A DNA stretch of 64,000 nucleotides from Lama guanicoe (taxonomy: Eukaryota): the NCBI GenBank assembly GCA_013239625.1, contig MU053754.1, positions 1,469,966 to 1,533,965 of the forward strand, given 5' to 3'. Below the pieces are notes generated by a model. It saw only the letters and a list, made by a program, of their open reading frames with translations. It was not told where the DNA came from and made no database searches. Shown here in pieces: positions 63,505-64,000 of the stretch. Both the position numbers and the translations under genes were made by a program. Numbering within the stretch: position 1 is the first letter of the stretch; every line of letters begins with the position of its first letter.

Positions 63505-64000
63505 AGTTACAGTAACATGAGCTGCCATCACAAATAAGCCCACATGTCTCTATGTATGTTTTTTATCATTCATACAACTTTACTCTTGCTTCTGTAACAA
63601 TCCAATACAGTCCTGTATTCCTAGCATCAGTAAGGTTTCCTCCAAGGATGCTCTGGACACCTAGGCTCTGCCCCCTTTGTGACTCCACTGTCCTTCACCT
63701 TTTCCCAAAGGGACATCCACATCTCACCAGGACTAGTCACCACACCCCTCCTCAAGGCAAGAGGGCTGCCAAATAGTCTTGAGCTGGATGACACTCCCAG
63801 CAACATCTCTGCACTATGGAAGGGGAAGGGAGTCCTGGTGACCACTTGTCCAGCTCTTTCACAAAGGATAAGAGAAACAGGCAGTGGTTGCAGGAAGATA
63901 AGATGCCAAGGAAGAGCTTTCATAAGATGAAATTGATGTATAGACTGGGGAGGTCAAAACAATCTTGGGAAGTGGGCAGATAAGTAGAGAGGAAAGAGAA

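Overview
Mammalian genomic DNA, most likely camelid (alpaca/llama/camel), judged from six copies of a tRNA-Ala-derived SINE resembling the vic-1 family. The window looks like gene-poor intronic or intergenic sequence and I could not recognise any host protein-coding exon. It is dominated by interspersed repeats: LINE-1 of several ages, L2, MIR, MaLR (MLT1) LTRs, hAT-Charlie MITEs (MER5A, MER20, MER58) and microsatellites. The only long ORF (26471-28474, 667 aa) comes from a young 5'-truncated L1 insertion with a perfect ~21-bp target-site duplication (TSD). The TSD itself supplies an in-frame ATG, and the truncation falls just after the first catalytic aspartate of the reverse transcriptase. 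Other points of interest: a scrambled L1 locus with an orphan poly(A)-tailed filler (32-34.5 kb), a SINE dimer apparently sharing one TSD, a ~45-bp dispersed duplication, a strong + strand bias of retroelements, and a few candidate splice and regulatory elements. I found no convincing new biological system. Repeat subfamily names come from recall of consensus sequences, not from a search, and boundaries of old repeats are approximate.
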